A DNA stretch of 64,000 nucleotides, from positions 15,274 through 79,273 of the forward strand of contig CAZYXZ010000001.1 of the NCBI GenBank assembly GCA_964651395.1. The letters are read 5' to 3'. Under the pieces are notes generated by a model, which saw only the letters and a list, made by a program, of their open reading frames with translations, was not told the DNA's origin and searched no databases. Source of the DNA: an uncultured Frankiaceae bacterium. Lineage in GTDB: Bacteria; Actinomycetota; Actinomycetes; BP-191. The position numbers and the translations under genes were made by a program. Shown here piece by piece: positions 23,173-35,660 of the stretch. The stretch's first letter is position 1. Every line of letters begins with the position of its first letter.

Positions 23173-23303
23173 GGCCACCTCCGTTCGACACCGGTACGGC
23201 GATCCCCGCAAGGGACGGGCGAGTTCTCCGGCGAAACCATAGGCGGGCCGCGACGTTGTCCTTCGGAACGGGCTCGTGTCGCCGAGATGAGGAGCTGGCC
23301 GCT

Positions 23304-25478
23304 GTGAGGCGCTGGACGTTGATCGTTTCGTTGGTGATCGGGACGGTGGCGGCGCCGACCGTCGCGAGCAGTGCCAGCGGACCGGTCGTCGCCGTGCTGT
23401 CGAACCGCCGGGCCGACCTTGTCTCCGACGGGCAGGCGCTCGTCGGGATCGCCGTCCCGGGCCTGTCCGGGCTTCGGGTCACGGTCGGGGGCCGTGACGT
23501 GACCCGGGCGTTCCGTCCGCGCCCCTCCGGCCGGGTCGAGGGCATCGTCGACGGACTCCGTGTCGGCCCGAACGTGCTGACCGCCACCCTCGGCGGCCGG
23601 TCGACCAGGCTGACGATCACCAACCACCCGAACGGCGGGCCGATCTTCGGGGGCCCGCAGATCCAGCCGTGGCGGTGCCCGGAGGGGTCGCGCGACAAGC
23701 AGTGCAACCGGGCGCCCGAGTTCACGTACCTCTACAAGTCGATCGATCCGAGCAAGGTCGGCCTTCAGGACTACGACCCGGAGGCTCCACCCTCGGATGT
23801 GGCGATGACGACGACGCAGACCGGCATGACGGTGCCGTTCGTCGTCCGGCAGGAGCTCGGCTACCAGGCGCGCGACCAGTACAAGATCCTCGTGCTGATC
23901 GACCCGGATGAGCCGTGGAGTCGCTGGGCGCCGCAGCCGACGTTCAACAACAAGCTGCTGGTCACCGGGGGAGGCGGCTGCGGCGGCTCGTACGGCGCGG
24001 GGTCCGCACCACTCGAGGACTTCAGCGGCACGTTCGAGGGCACACCCGGCCGGGTCGACAGCTATGTCGACGCGTTGGGACTGGGCTTCGCTGTGATGTC
24101 GACGGCGCTCGCGAACACCGGCCACAACTGCAACGTCGCGACCGAGGCCGAAGCGCTGATCATGCTCAAGGAGCGGGTCATCGAGAACTACGGCGACGTC
24201 CGCTACACGATCGGCACGGGCTGCTCGGGCGGCTCGATCGTGCAGCACACCGTCGCCAACGCGTACCCGGGGGCCGTCTACGACGGGCTGATCGTCACGT
24301 GTGCCTACCCGGACACCCTGACTGCCGGTGCGCAGTTCGCGGACTACCACCTCCTCCGCAAGTACTTCGAAGACCCGTCGCGATGGGGGACCGGCGTCGT
24401 CTGGACACCGATGCAGTGGGCGCTGGTCGAGGGCCACGTCAGCCACGTCAACGCCGTCGTCGCGGACGAGGGGCTGTTCAAGGCCGCCGTGCAGCCGGTC
24501 GGCGACTGCGTTCCCGCGGACCAGGCCTACCACCCGACGAGCAACCCGCGTGGCGTGCGCTGCTCGGTGCTCGACTTCATGAAGACGCTGTTCGGCCCGC
24601 GGCCGCCGCGAGTCTGGTCGCCACAGGAGAAGAAGGCCGGCCGCGGCTTCGCGGGGGTGCCGTGGAGCAACGCCGGCATCGAGTTCGGCTTGGAGACGTT
24701 GCGCGCCGGGCTGATCACGCCGGACATGTTCGTCGACCTCAACGAGAAGATCGGGGGGCTCGACGTCGACGCCCAGCCGTCAGCCGGGCGCATGGCCGGT
24801 GACGACACGGCCGTCGCCAATGCGTACCGGACCGGCATGGTGAACCTGGGTGACAACCTCGACCAGGTCGCGATCATCGACCACGCCGGGCCCGACCCGG
24901 GTGCGGCGCACGACTACGCGCACACCTGGTGGATGCGCGACCGCCTGGACAAGGCGCACGGACATCACGACAACCAGGTGCTCTGGATCGGCACGACGGC
25001 GTTGATCGGCGACATCACGTGGCCGACCGAGGCGCTGCTGTCCATGGACCGATGGCTCGCGGCGGTCGAGAAGGACCGCTCGCGACTTCCGCGGGCCCGC
25101 AAGATCGTCGTGAACCGGCCCGCCGACGTGCACGACCGTTGTGCGTACGCACCGGCGGTGCACGTGCAGACACCCCTCGACGGGGTCTGCCTGCCCGACG
25201 TGGTGATGACCCGCTACGGCACACCCCGTGAGGTCGCCGGGGGGCCGCGCACGAACGAGGTCCTGAAGTGCCGGCTGACGCCGCTCACCGCCGCCGGGCA
25301 CGGGCCGCTCGGGCTGAGCGAGGCGCAGCTCGCACGCCTGCGCAAGGTCTTCCCGGACGGGGTCTGCGACTGGGAGAGGCCCGGCGTCGGGCAGCGCAGC
25401 GTGGTCGGCTGGCAGACCTACCAGGACGCGCGCGGCCGGGTCGTCTACGGCGGCCGGCCGATGAGCCGGTTGCCCTAA
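23304..25478 (+). CDS. Large secreted protein, possible tannase/feruloyl-esterase-like alpha/beta hydrolase
   Basis: GTG start. Signal peptide 'VRRWTLIVSLVIGTVAAPTVASSASG'. 'GTGCSGGS' resembles the G-C-S-x-G-G nucleophile motif of the tannase family. Many Cys. Confidence 0.45.
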   Translation: MRRWTLIVSLVIGTVAAPTVASSASGPVVAVLSNRRADLVSDGQALVGIAVPGLSGLRVTVGGRDVTRAFRPRPSGRVEGIVDGLRVGPNVLTATLGGRSTRLTITNHPNGGPIFGGPQIQPWRCPEGSRDKQCNRAPEFTYLYKSIDPSKVGLQDYDPEAPPSDVAMTTTQTGMTVPFVVRQELGYQARDQYKILVLIDPDEPWSRWAPQPTFNNKLLVTGGGGCGGSYGAGSAPLEDFSGTFEGTPGRVDSYVDALGLGFAVMSTALANTGHNCNVATEAEALIMLKERVIENYGDVRYTIGTGCSGGSIVQHTVANAYPGAVYDGLIVTCAYPDTLTAGAQFADYHLLRKYFEDPSRWGTGVVWTPMQWALVEGHVSHVNAVVADEGLFKAAVQPVGDCVPADQAYHPTSNPRGVRCSVLDFMKTLFGPRPPRVWSPQEKKAGRGFAGVPWSNAGIEFGLETLRAGLITPDMFVDLNEKIGGLDVDAQPSAGRMAGDDTAVANAYRTGMVNLGDNLDQVAIIDHAGPDPGAAHDYAHTWWMRDRLDKAHGHHDNQVLWIGTTALIGDITWPTEALLSMDRWLAAVEKDRSRLPRARKIVVNRPADVHDRCAYAPAVHVQTPLDGVCLPDVVMTRYGTPREVAGGPRTNEVLKCRLTPLTAAGHGPLGLSEAQLARLRKVFPDGVCDWERPGVGQRSVVGWQTYQDARGRVVYGGRPMSRLP

Positions 25479-25509
25479 CCGCGGCCGGCGGTGACCGGCA
25501 CCTCGGTGC

Positions 25510-27606
<2,097 letters not shown>

Positions 27607-27852
27607 GTCGGCTCCTCGGGCTTCGGATGCCGACACACTGCTATCGCCGCGGTGAGGTCACCATGGCCCGTCGTAATGAACTGCACATAGCCCGACGTGC
27701 GGTACATCGTGGGACTTTCGTCCCACGTCCACAGGTATCTCGGCCCAGGGGGAATTCCCCTCAATTCGCTATGGCTGTCGGTGCCGCCAGCACGCAGCCT
27801 GGGCGATCTCGACGACACCCGGACGGTGGCCCATGCCTGAACGTGCGCGACA

Positions 27853-29841
27853 GTGAACGACCCGGAGTTCTGGCTGCCCACGCAGCGGCAGTCCCCGTCC
27901 CTTCGGCTGCGCCTCGGCGAGATCCTGCTGAAGGCCGGGCTGCTCACGTCGGACCAGCTGGAGGACTGCCTTGCGGTCCAGGCGCAGATGCCGCCGACTG
28001 CACCACGGCGCCGGCTCGGGGACATCGCGGTGAGCCGGGGCTACGTCTCCGAGGTGCAGATCGCACTGGCGATCGCCGGACGGCTGGACATTCCGGTCGT
28101 CGATCTCACGACGATGGTCGTCCCACGCGAGCTGCTGGTCCGCATCCCGCGCTCGGTGGCGGTGCGCTGCGGCGCCGTGGCCTATGCAGAGGCCGGCGAT
28201 CGACTGTGGGTCGCCATGGTGGATCCGACGAACGTCGTCATGGTCGACGACGTCCGCCTCTACACCGGAGTGCGCACGGTGGAGGTGGCGGTCGCACCCG
28301 CGGCCCAGATCGATGCCCTCCTCAACCGCGCGTGGGTGCTCGGTGAGGACGCGACCGCCGCGGTGAGCGCCCTCGAGGACAACCAGCCGTCGCCTGATGG
28401 CGAGGACCTGGCCACGGCGGTGGTCAGGGCCGAAGAGGCGCCGATCGTCCGGCTCGCGAACGTGATCCTCAGCAACGCTGCGCGCGCGCGAGCGAGCGAC
28501 ATCCACCTCGAGCCGCAAGCCGGGGACCTGCGGGTCCGCTACCGGGTCGACGGGCTGCTGCGCGAGGTGATGACCGTTCCGGCCAACGCCAGCTCGGCGC
28601 TGATCAGTCGGATCAAGATCATGTCCGCGTTGGACATCGCGGAGCGCCGGCGGCCGCAGGACGGCCGGGCCCGCTTCGAGGTGAACGAGCGATCGGTCGA
28701 CGCCCGGGTGTCGACCCTGCCCTCGATGCATGGCGAGAAGCTGGTCCTCCGGCTGCTGGAGACCGAGCAGGACGTGCAGCCGTTGGAGCGCAGCGGCATG
28801 TCGGCCCGCCAGCTCGAGATCGTCCGGGGCCAGCTCGTCGCGCCGCAGGGGCTGGTGCTGATCACCGGGCCCACCGGCTCGGGCAAGACATCGACCCTCT
28901 ACTCGGCCATCGACGAGGTGCGCTCGCCGGACCGCAACATCGTCACCCTGGAAGACCCGGTGGAGATCCAGCTGCCGGGGATCACGCAGATGCAGGTCAA
29001 CGAGCGGGCCGGCGTGACGTTCGCACGTGGCCTGCGCGCGATCCTGCGACAGGATCCGGATGTCATCCTGGTCGGCGAGATCCGTGACGCGGAAACGGCG
29101 GAGCTCGCCATGCAGGCCGCGCTGACCGGCCACCTCGTCCTCGCCACACTGCACACGAACGACGCGCCGAGTGCCCTCACCCGGCTGGTCGACATCGGCG
29201 TCGACGCGGCGCTTATCGCGTCATCGCTCGCTCTCGTGGTGGCGCAGCGTCTGGTGCGCGTCCCCTGCACCCAGTGCGCGACGGCGTACGAGCCCAGTCG
29301 TCGCGCGCTCGAGCACTTCGGCATCGCGAGCGAGGCACGTGAGGCGGCCAGGTTCCTCCGCGGGGCCGGGTGCGGTGAGTGCGGCGACACCGGCTACCTC
29401 GGGCGCACGGGTGTCTTCGAGGTGCTGCCGGTCACCTCCCAGCTGCGGGCGGTTCTCCTCGAGACACCCAGCGAGGGGCCGGTCCGGCAGGCCGCACGAG
29501 CGGCAGGCGTCCCCTCCTTGCGTTCCGAGGCGCTCGACCGAGCTCTCCGCGGCGCGACCACTCTCGACGAGGTGTCCCGGGCCACGCAGCCGGATTCCAC
29601 GGAGGCGCGCGCCTGCCGCGCGTGTGCCCGGCCTCTCGCCGACGACATGCTGGCCTGCCCGTGGTGCACCGCGGACGCCGACCACGATCGGTGCGGTCAT
29701 TGCGGCCGCCGCATGGGCCTGGACTGGAGGATGTGTCCGTGGTGCCGGACGTCGGCCACGCGGGCTGACTCCGTCGTCGCGGGTCTGCCCTCGGTGCTGC
29801 ATGCCGCCCCTCACCCGTCGGCCGGTTTGGCCGCGAGCTGA
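27853..29841 (+). CDS. GspE/PilB-family secretion-type ATPase with N-terminal MshEN-like c-di-GMP-binding domain and C-terminal double zinc ribbon
   Basis: The N-terminus 'RLGEILLKAGLLTSDQLEDCLAVQ' fits the 24-residue MshEN motif, with a second degenerate copy 'RLGDIAVSRGYVSEVQIALAIAGR'. Walker A 'GPTGSGKTS' and the standard tetracysteine Zn site are present. An extra C-terminal 'CRACARP...CPWC...CGHCGRR...CPWC' follows. Confidence 0.8.
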   Translation: MNDPEFWLPTQRQSPSLRLRLGEILLKAGLLTSDQLEDCLAVQAQMPPTAPRRRLGDIAVSRGYVSEVQIALAIAGRLDIPVVDLTTMVVPRELLVRIPRSVAVRCGAVAYAEAGDRLWVAMVDPTNVVMVDDVRLYTGVRTVEVAVAPAAQIDALLNRAWVLGEDATAAVSALEDNQPSPDGEDLATAVVRAEEAPIVRLANVILSNAARARASDIHLEPQAGDLRVRYRVDGLLREVMTVPANASSALISRIKIMSALDIAERRRPQDGRARFEVNERSVDARVSTLPSMHGEKLVLRLLETEQDVQPLERSGMSARQLEIVRGQLVAPQGLVLITGPTGSGKTSTLYSAIDEVRSPDRNIVTLEDPVEIQLPGITQMQVNERAGVTFARGLRAILRQDPDVILVGEIRDAETAELAMQAALTGHLVLATLHTNDAPSALTRLVDIGVDAALIASSLALVVAQRLVRVPCTQCATAYEPSRRALEHFGIASEAREAARFLRGAGCGECGDTGYLGRTGVFEVLPVTSQLRAVLLETPSEGPVRQAARAAGVPSLRSEALDRALRGATTLDEVSRATQPDSTEARACRACARPLADDMLACPWCTADADHDRCGHCGRRMGLDWRMCPWCRTSATRADSVVAGLPSVLHAAPHPSAGLAAS

Positions 29842-31199
29842 TGAGCCTCATGCCCCGGGTACATGCGGTGCTCGACTGGTTGCCGAACGGCTCAGCGCTG
29901 CCCGCCCGCGAGTGGGAGGCGCGCCACCGGATCGTGACCGCAGCGCTGTTCGCGCAGCTGCCGCTCGTCTTCGGCTACGGGTTGATCACCGGGCACTCGA
30001 TCGGCCACTCGTTCGTCGAGATGCTCGCACCGGGTGCCATGGCGCTCGTCGCGTGGCGCGCGCGAGGACGAACCTCGCGCGCATCCGCCGGCGTGCTCGG
30101 GCTCATGCTGACCTCGGCCACCTTCGTGCACCTGTCCAGCGGGCTGATCGAGTGGCACTTCCACTTCTTCGTCATGCTGGCGCTGGTCTCGCTGTACCAG
30201 GAGTGGCAGATCTACCTGATCGCCCTGGGTTTCGTCGTGGCCGAACACATCCTCGGCGGGCTGCTCGCCTTCCACGCCGTCTACAACCACGGTGCGGGGG
30301 AGTGGTGGTGGGGAGTCGTGCACGGCGCGTTCGTCCTCGCGGCAAGCGCCTTCCACGTGACGTCGTGGCGGTTCCAGGAGGCAGCGACCGCACGGGCGGT
30401 CGCGCTCCAGGCCCAGCTCACGGACGGGGAGCGTTCGCTCCTGGCACGCACCGATCGGATCGCGGCAACCCGCAGCGACCTCATCGCCGTCGCGTCGCAC
30501 GAGTTCCGGACGCCCATCACCGCGATCAAGGCCGCCGCCTCCGTGCTCGAGCAGTACGGCGACCGGCTCAGTCCTGCCGAGGTGGCCGAGCTCGTCAGCG
30601 GCATCACCGGCCGGACCGAGTCGCTCGCCATGACCTTGGACAACATGCTGCTCGCCGCCAGGCTCGAGCCTTCGGCGCCGGACTCGCGGGCGGCCGTCGA
30701 CTCCGTCATGCGCGACGCCGTCGTTGAGCTGAGTGACCGCGTCCCCGGCCTCACCGTCGTCGCCGAGATCGCGAGCGACGTCACCGTGCGGTGCGAGCGC
30801 GAGCCCCTGCACCTCATGCTGACCAGGCTGATCGAGGGCCTCATGCCGCACGGCGCCGGCGAGGCGGAAGTCGCGATCTCCGTGAGATCAACGACTGAGC
30901 TGGCCTGCATCGAGGCGTCGGTGCGCGCGGCGGCGCTCGACGCGCATACCGCCGGGGAGCTGCTCGAGGCGTTCACCCCGACCAGCGAAGGGCATCAAGC
31001 GGTCGACTCGGGCCTGCGCCTGTTCGCCGCGCGCGGGATCGCGGAGCTGCACGGGGGGTCGATGACCGCCGCACTGCGCGGGACCGACCTGGTCATCTGC
31101 GCCACGCTGCCGCTCGCTGCGACACCGTCGGACGTCGGGGCGCTCATCCCGGTCACCAGGGCCGAGGTCTCCCCACCCCTGTCGGCCGCGACCGGCTGA
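29841..31199 (+). CDS. Membrane-embedded sensor histidine kinase
   Basis: Start overlaps the GspE stop (TGATG). About 5 TM helices rich in His/Trp, then 'IAVASHEFRTPITAI' H-box and a C-terminal ATPase-like domain. Confidence 0.65.
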   Translation: MSLMPRVHAVLDWLPNGSALPAREWEARHRIVTAALFAQLPLVFGYGLITGHSIGHSFVEMLAPGAMALVAWRARGRTSRASAGVLGLMLTSATFVHLSSGLIEWHFHFFVMLALVSLYQEWQIYLIALGFVVAEHILGGLLAFHAVYNHGAGEWWWGVVHGAFVLAASAFHVTSWRFQEAATARAVALQAQLTDGERSLLARTDRIAATRSDLIAVASHEFRTPITAIKAAASVLEQYGDRLSPAEVAELVSGITGRTESLAMTLDNMLLAARLEPSAPDSRAAVDSVMRDAVVELSDRVPGLTVVAEIASDVTVRCEREPLHLMLTRLIEGLMPHGAGEAEVAISVRSTTELACIEASVRAAALDAHTAGELLEAFTPTSEGHQAVDSGLRLFAARGIAELHGGSMTAALRGTDLVICATLPLAATPSDVGALIPVTRAEVSPPLSAATG

Positions 31200-31414
31200 C
31201 CCTCGTCGAGCAGCCGGCACCCGGTCGTCGTATCCGGGGTTCGGCCGGCGGTCGCGCGGGCGTCAGGAGCCTTGCCGCAGGCGCCGGGTGGGCTATACCT
31301 TGAAGAAGGAGAGGCCGTGGCCTCTCCTTCTTCGGTTCGGTCGGCCCCGTCGGCCGCGAGTTCTCATGGCGGCGGAGCTAGTCTTGCCGGGGGTTCCGGG
31401 GGCAGGGGGGAGCG

Positions 31415-31900
31415 GTGATGGGGACGAACCGCAGCGATGGGCCAGACGTCTTCGGCGGGCTTCGCCCGCTCGAGGGTCCGCTGGCGCCCATCCCGGCCGA
31501 TGCGCTGCGTATCGAGGTCAGCGCCCATGCCGACGTGGCGCTGCCCGTGCTGCGTGGTGTGGTCGGTCGCCTGGCTCGCGCGGCCGGGTTGTCCGAGGAG
31601 CGAGCGGAGGCTGCTTCCCTCGCCGTGCACGAGCTGACGACGAACAGCCTCGCGCACGCCGACGACGCGTGCCTGCTGCACGTGTGGCACACCGCGCACG
31701 GGATCGCGGCAAGCATCACCGACTCCGGCTCGCTGTCGGAGGAGATGCTGGGGGAGCCGCAGTTCCTCGCCGAGCGTGGTCGTGGTCTGTGGCTCGCGAG
31801 CCGGCTCTGCGACCTCGCCGAGGTGCAGACCGGTCCCGGCGGCACCGAGATCCGCATCGCGGTGCACCGTGAACGGGCGGCGGAGATGACGGCCGGCTAG
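31415..31900 (+). CDS. Anti-sigma regulatory factor (RsbW/SpoIIAB-like Ser/Thr kinase, HATPase_c_2)
   Basis: 'LAVHELTTNSLAHA...ERGRGLWLASRLCDLAEVQTGPGGTEIRI' is typical of the GHKL anti-sigma kinase family. Confidence 0.6.
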   Translation: MMGTNRSDGPDVFGGLRPLEGPLAPIPADALRIEVSAHADVALPVLRGVVGRLARAAGLSEERAEAASLAVHELTTNSLAHADDACLLHVWHTAHGIAASITDSGSLSEEMLGEPQFLAERGRGLWLASRLCDLAEVQTGPGGTEIRIAVHRERAAEMTAG

Positions 31901-32009
31901 GCCATTTCGTCACCTGCACGGGACGCGACAACCAGGCGGGACCGGAAGCCGACCCGCGGGAAGTCACGGATCTCGTGCCCGGGAGCGCGGAGTAGGCCAC
32001 CATGCGGGC

Positions 32010-33383
32010 ATGGAGGCCGTGCGACTGGTGGGCGACGAGCTCATGGTGCCCTGCGTCGACGGAGTGGATCGACCCGGCCTCAACCTCGACCTCGCCGCGT
32101 CGACCGGAGCGCTGCCTGCCGTGGCTCGGCGGGTGGCGGAGTTCCTGCCCTGGTACTCGAGCGTTCACCGCGGTGCGGGGTGGAAGTCGCAGCACGCCAC
32201 CTCCGCGTACGAGCTGGCGCGGGCGGCGGCCCTGCGCTTCGCCGGCCGGGAGGGCGGCGACGACGTCGCGATCCTGTGTCGGAACACGACAGAGGCGATC
32301 AACCACCTCGCGTACCGATTGAACTTCGGACCGGACGACGTGGTCGCCACCACGGTCGTCGAGCACCACGCGAACCTGTTGCCGTGGGGCCGGGTGGCCA
32401 GGCGCCGGTACGTCGAGTGCGGCGCGGACGGCACGTTCCAGGTCGAGGACGTGCTGGCCGTCCTCGAGGAGCGGCCGCGGCCGCGGCTGCTGGCCGTCAC
32501 GGGCGCGTCGAACGTCACCGGCTGGCTCCCACCGCTCGACGAGATCGTCGCCGCTGCCCACGACCGGGGAGTGCCGGTTCTCGTCGACGCGGCACAGCTC
32601 GCCCCGCACCGGCCGCTCACCGTGGCCGCGGACTTTCTGGCCTGGAGCGGGCACAAGATGTACGCGCCCTTCGGCACGGGCGTGCTCATCGGGCCGCGGG
32701 CCACGTTCACGGAAGGGGATCCGTTCCTGGCCGGGGGAGGGGCGGTGGACCTCGTGGACCTGGACGAGGTGGTCTGGACCGACCCGCCCGAACGCGAGGA
32801 GGCGGGGTCGCCCAACGTCATCGGGGCCGTGGCGCTGCACGCCGCGATCGACGAGCTCACCCAGATCGGGTGGCCGGCCCTCATCGCGCACGACCGCGCA
32901 CTGTCGGCGCACCTGCGTGGTGGTCTGTCCGAGATCCCCGGCGTACGCCTGCTCGGCCCGGGCCCTGAGACGGACGCCCTTCCCGTGGCGTGTTTCGTCG
33001 TGGAAGGCGTGCCCCATGCGCTCGTCGCTGCGCGGTTGAGCGCGGAACATGCCATCGGCGTCCGCCACGGCTGCTTCTGCGCGCACCCGTACGTCGCGCG
33101 GTTGCTGGGACTCGACGACGCGGCGACCGCGAGCTACCAGGCCGCGCTCCGGCGTGGCGACCGGACGGGGATCCCGGGTGCCGTCCGCGCCAGCGGCGGA
33201 CTGCCGACGCGGCCCGAGGACGTCGACCGGCTCCTGGCCGCCGTCCGGGCCATCGCGAAGGCCGGGCCAGCGCCGTTCGACTACACGATGGACCCACACA
33301 CGGGCGACTACTGGCCGGTGACCACCGAACCGTCGTGGGCTGCCGCCGGCCGTGCTCTCGGCGCGGGCTGTGCTCGAGGGTGA
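32010..33383 (+). CDS. Class V aminotransferase / cysteine desulfurase-like PLP enzyme
   Basis: 457 aa; 'FLAWSGHKMYAPFGTGVL' has the Lys-PLP site. 'VRHGCFCAHPY' near the C-terminus resembles SufS/CsdA. Confidence 0.7.
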   Translation: MEAVRLVGDELMVPCVDGVDRPGLNLDLAASTGALPAVARRVAEFLPWYSSVHRGAGWKSQHATSAYELARAAALRFAGREGGDDVAILCRNTTEAINHLAYRLNFGPDDVVATTVVEHHANLLPWGRVARRRYVECGADGTFQVEDVLAVLEERPRPRLLAVTGASNVTGWLPPLDEIVAAAHDRGVPVLVDAAQLAPHRPLTVAADFLAWSGHKMYAPFGTGVLIGPRATFTEGDPFLAGGGAVDLVDLDEVVWTDPPEREEAGSPNVIGAVALHAAIDELTQIGWPALIAHDRALSAHLRGGLSEIPGVRLLGPGPETDALPVACFVVEGVPHALVAARLSAEHAIGVRHGCFCAHPYVARLLGLDDAATASYQAALRRGDRTGIPGAVRASGGLPTRPEDVDRLLAAVRAIAKAGPAPFDYTMDPHTGDYWPVTTEPSWAAAGRALGAGCARG

Positions 33384-34021
33384 GCCGGCTCGAGCAGGGC
33401 GATTCGTACGTCGACGTGTTCGCCGACGTCGCATGTCCCTTCACCCACGTGGGACTACGCAGGTTCGTGACCTACCGCGAGGAGCGTGGCCGCTCCTCGC
33501 CGCTCCTTCGCGTGCGCTCGTGGCCTCTCGAGCTGGTCAACGGCAAGCCGCTGGACGGACCCGCGCTCGTCCCGAAGGTCGCCGCGTTGCGCGCCGACGT
33601 CGCCTCCGGCCTGTTCGCCGGCTTCGACCCGCAGCGCTTCCCCGCGACGACCTTGCCCGCCATGGCGGCGGAGGCGGCGGCGTACCGGCAAGGGCTCGAG
33701 GTGGGGGAGCGGTTCAGCCTGGCGGTGCGAGATGCCTTGTTCGAAGCCGGCCGGGACGTGACGGACCCGACGGTCCTGCGCCGGCTACGCGCGGACATCG
33801 GAGTGCCGGAGCCGGACGACGCGGACCGTGCTCGCATCGAGCACGACTGGGCCGAAGGGCAGCGTCGGGGGGTCGCCGGGTCGCCGCACTTCTTCACGTC
33901 GGGCGGAGACTTCTTCTGCCCATCGCTCGAGATCGCACATGACGATGCCGGATACGAGGTGGCCTTCGACCAAGCCGGCTTCGCACGCTTCGTGGCGGCT
34001 GCCTTCGGGCCGGCCGGCTAG
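33380..34021 (+). CDS. DsbA-like thioredoxin-fold oxidoreductase (FrnE/HCCA-isomerase-like)
   Basis: GTG start overlapping the upstream stop (GTGA). 'VDVFADVACPFTHVG' is a CPxT/CxxC-like active site. Confidence 0.6.
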   Translation: MSRLEQGDSYVDVFADVACPFTHVGLRRFVTYREERGRSSPLLRVRSWPLELVNGKPLDGPALVPKVAALRADVASGLFAGFDPQRFPATTLPAMAAEAAAYRQGLEVGERFSLAVRDALFEAGRDVTDPTVLRRLRADIGVPEPDDADRARIEHDWAEGQRRGVAGSPHFFTSGGDFFCPSLEIAHDDAGYEVAFDQAGFARFVAAAFGPAG

Positions 34022-34033
34022 GTGTCGCCTCAC

Positions 34034-35515
34034 ATGGAGCGACGTGGCGTACCGTCGCGTCCGGCTGTCGATCGGAAGAGGGGTTCAGTGCGAGTGCGCA
34101 CGGCAGGTTCACTGGTCGTGGCACTGCTGGCGGCGTGCGTCACCGGCTCGGCTGCGGGCACGACGGCCGATCCGCGGGAGCCGGTGCCGGTCACGGATGA
34201 CCACGCGCTGGACCCCTCGGACAACCGCCCACGTGCGGAGACGAATGTCGCGGTGAATCCGCGCGACCCGCGCCATGTCGTGGTCAGCGCGATCCAGTTC
34301 ATGCACCCGTTCCGCGATGCGCTCGTCTCGACGGGCTACGAGGGGAACGACCGGGTTTGGGTGTCACGGGACGGCGGCCGCAGCTATCGCCCGTCGGGGC
34401 CACTGCCGCCGGCTCAGCCCAACGGCGTGACGCTGGGCAATGACCCGACGCTGGCCTGGGACCCGCGCGGCGGGCCGCTCTATGCGTCGTACACCGCGTT
34501 CGGCGACCCCGACGGGCTGACGAACACGCCGGACGACGGGCTCTACGTCGCGCGCTCAGACGACGGGGGAGTGCACTGGCGCCGCCTCGCGCACCTCGAG
34601 GGCTTCGACTGCGAGGGGCCGGATCGCTCCACCGTCGCGGTCGACCCGGTCCGGGGCTGGGTGTACGTGACCTGGACGCACTACGTGGAGGACAGCGCGT
34701 GCACCGGGCAGCCGGACCAGACGAAGACCGTCTTGCGCTGGGCGCGCTCGACCGACGGCGGCCGACACTTCTCCCGACCCGTCGATGTGATCGGCGAAGG
34801 CCGGGGCCGCGCGATCGCGCCGGCCGTCCTGCGCGACGGAACGCTGCTCGTCGCCTACATGGTCCCGCGCGACAACACGTCGAGCGCGGACTGCCGCACC
34901 TTCGCGAGCAGCATGGTCGTCAAGCGCTATGCGACGTCCGGACGTCTGCTGGGTGAGGTTCTCGCGGTGCCCGACGTCTGCTCGACGTACGGAGGGGTGG
35001 TGCCCAACGGCTCCGCGTACATCCCCATCTCGTACCCGAGCATCGCGGCGGATCCGGTCACGGGTCGCGTCCTGGTCGGCATCGCCTACACGGGCCCGAC
35101 TGCCCAGGGCGTCGTGACTGCTGCGTCCGCGGACGGCGGCCGCACGTGGCGGCGGAGCGTCGTCAGCGGGTTGCCAGGATCGTCCGGCAGCATGGCCGCC
35201 GTGATGATGGGGCCGCGGGGGAGAGCGGCCGTCGCGTGGCTCGAGATGGATCCGCTCGGCCTCTACCGACCGATGCTCGCCGCCTCCGCAGACCACGGGC
35301 GCACCTGGTCCGCGCCGGTCGCGCTCAGCTCGGTGCCCTCAGTCGGCAACATGCACCCGTTCTCGCCGTACGACGGCTACGGGATCGGCCACTACCTCGG
35401 TCTCGCGATCGGCTCGGACTCGGTCGCCCATGTGGCGTGGCCGGATGTCCGACCCCGCGGCGCGGACAGCCAGGACGTCGACGTGTGGACCCGGGACCTG
35501 CGTATCGGCCCGTAG
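34034..35515 (+). CDS. BNR/Asp-box repeat sialidase-like secreted glycosidase (possible lipoprotein)
   Basis: Five Asp-box motifs: 'SRDGGRSY', 'SDDGGVHW', 'STDGGRHF', 'SADGGRTW', 'SADHGRTW'. N-terminal 'LVVALLAACVTG' signal/lipobox. An alternative GTG start lies at 34022. Confidence 0.65.
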   Translation: MERRGVPSRPAVDRKRGSVRVRTAGSLVVALLAACVTGSAAGTTADPREPVPVTDDHALDPSDNRPRAETNVAVNPRDPRHVVVSAIQFMHPFRDALVSTGYEGNDRVWVSRDGGRSYRPSGPLPPAQPNGVTLGNDPTLAWDPRGGPLYASYTAFGDPDGLTNTPDDGLYVARSDDGGVHWRRLAHLEGFDCEGPDRSTVAVDPVRGWVYVTWTHYVEDSACTGQPDQTKTVLRWARSTDGGRHFSRPVDVIGEGRGRAIAPAVLRDGTLLVAYMVPRDNTSSADCRTFASSMVVKRYATSGRLLGEVLAVPDVCSTYGGVVPNGSAYIPISYPSIAADPVTGRVLVGIAYTGPTAQGVVTAASADGGRTWRRSVVSGLPGSSGSMAAVMMGPRGRAAVAWLEMDPLGLYRPMLAASADHGRTWSAPVALSSVPSVGNMHPFSPYDGYGIGHYLGLAIGSDSVAHVAWPDVRPRGADSQDVDVWTRDLRIGP

Positions 35516-35660
35516 TGAACCGGACTGGCAGCTGCTGCTCGGTACCCTTGGCCACCGGAAGCGCCGGAGTCTGGAGCGAGCACTCGGAGAACCTGGCGGA
35601 GTTCATGGAGCCGATCCTCGCGACCGGAGCTCCGCGCGAAGATGACTGACGGCGTGCGGC

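Noticed and set aside
21415-23307. 630-aa plus-strand ORF antisense to the PQQ-cupredoxin gene
   Set aside because: Arg/Gly/Asp/Val low-complexity. The minus-strand frame has signal peptide, propeller repeats and a copper site.
23112-24533. 473-aa minus-strand ORF overlapping the large secreted protein gene
   Set aside because: Antisense artefact. The plus-strand frame has a signal peptide and consistent protein-like composition.
31716-33434. 572-aa minus ORF antisense to the class V aminotransferase
   Set aside because: Arg/Pro/Gly-rich. The sense frame contains the PLP-Lys site.
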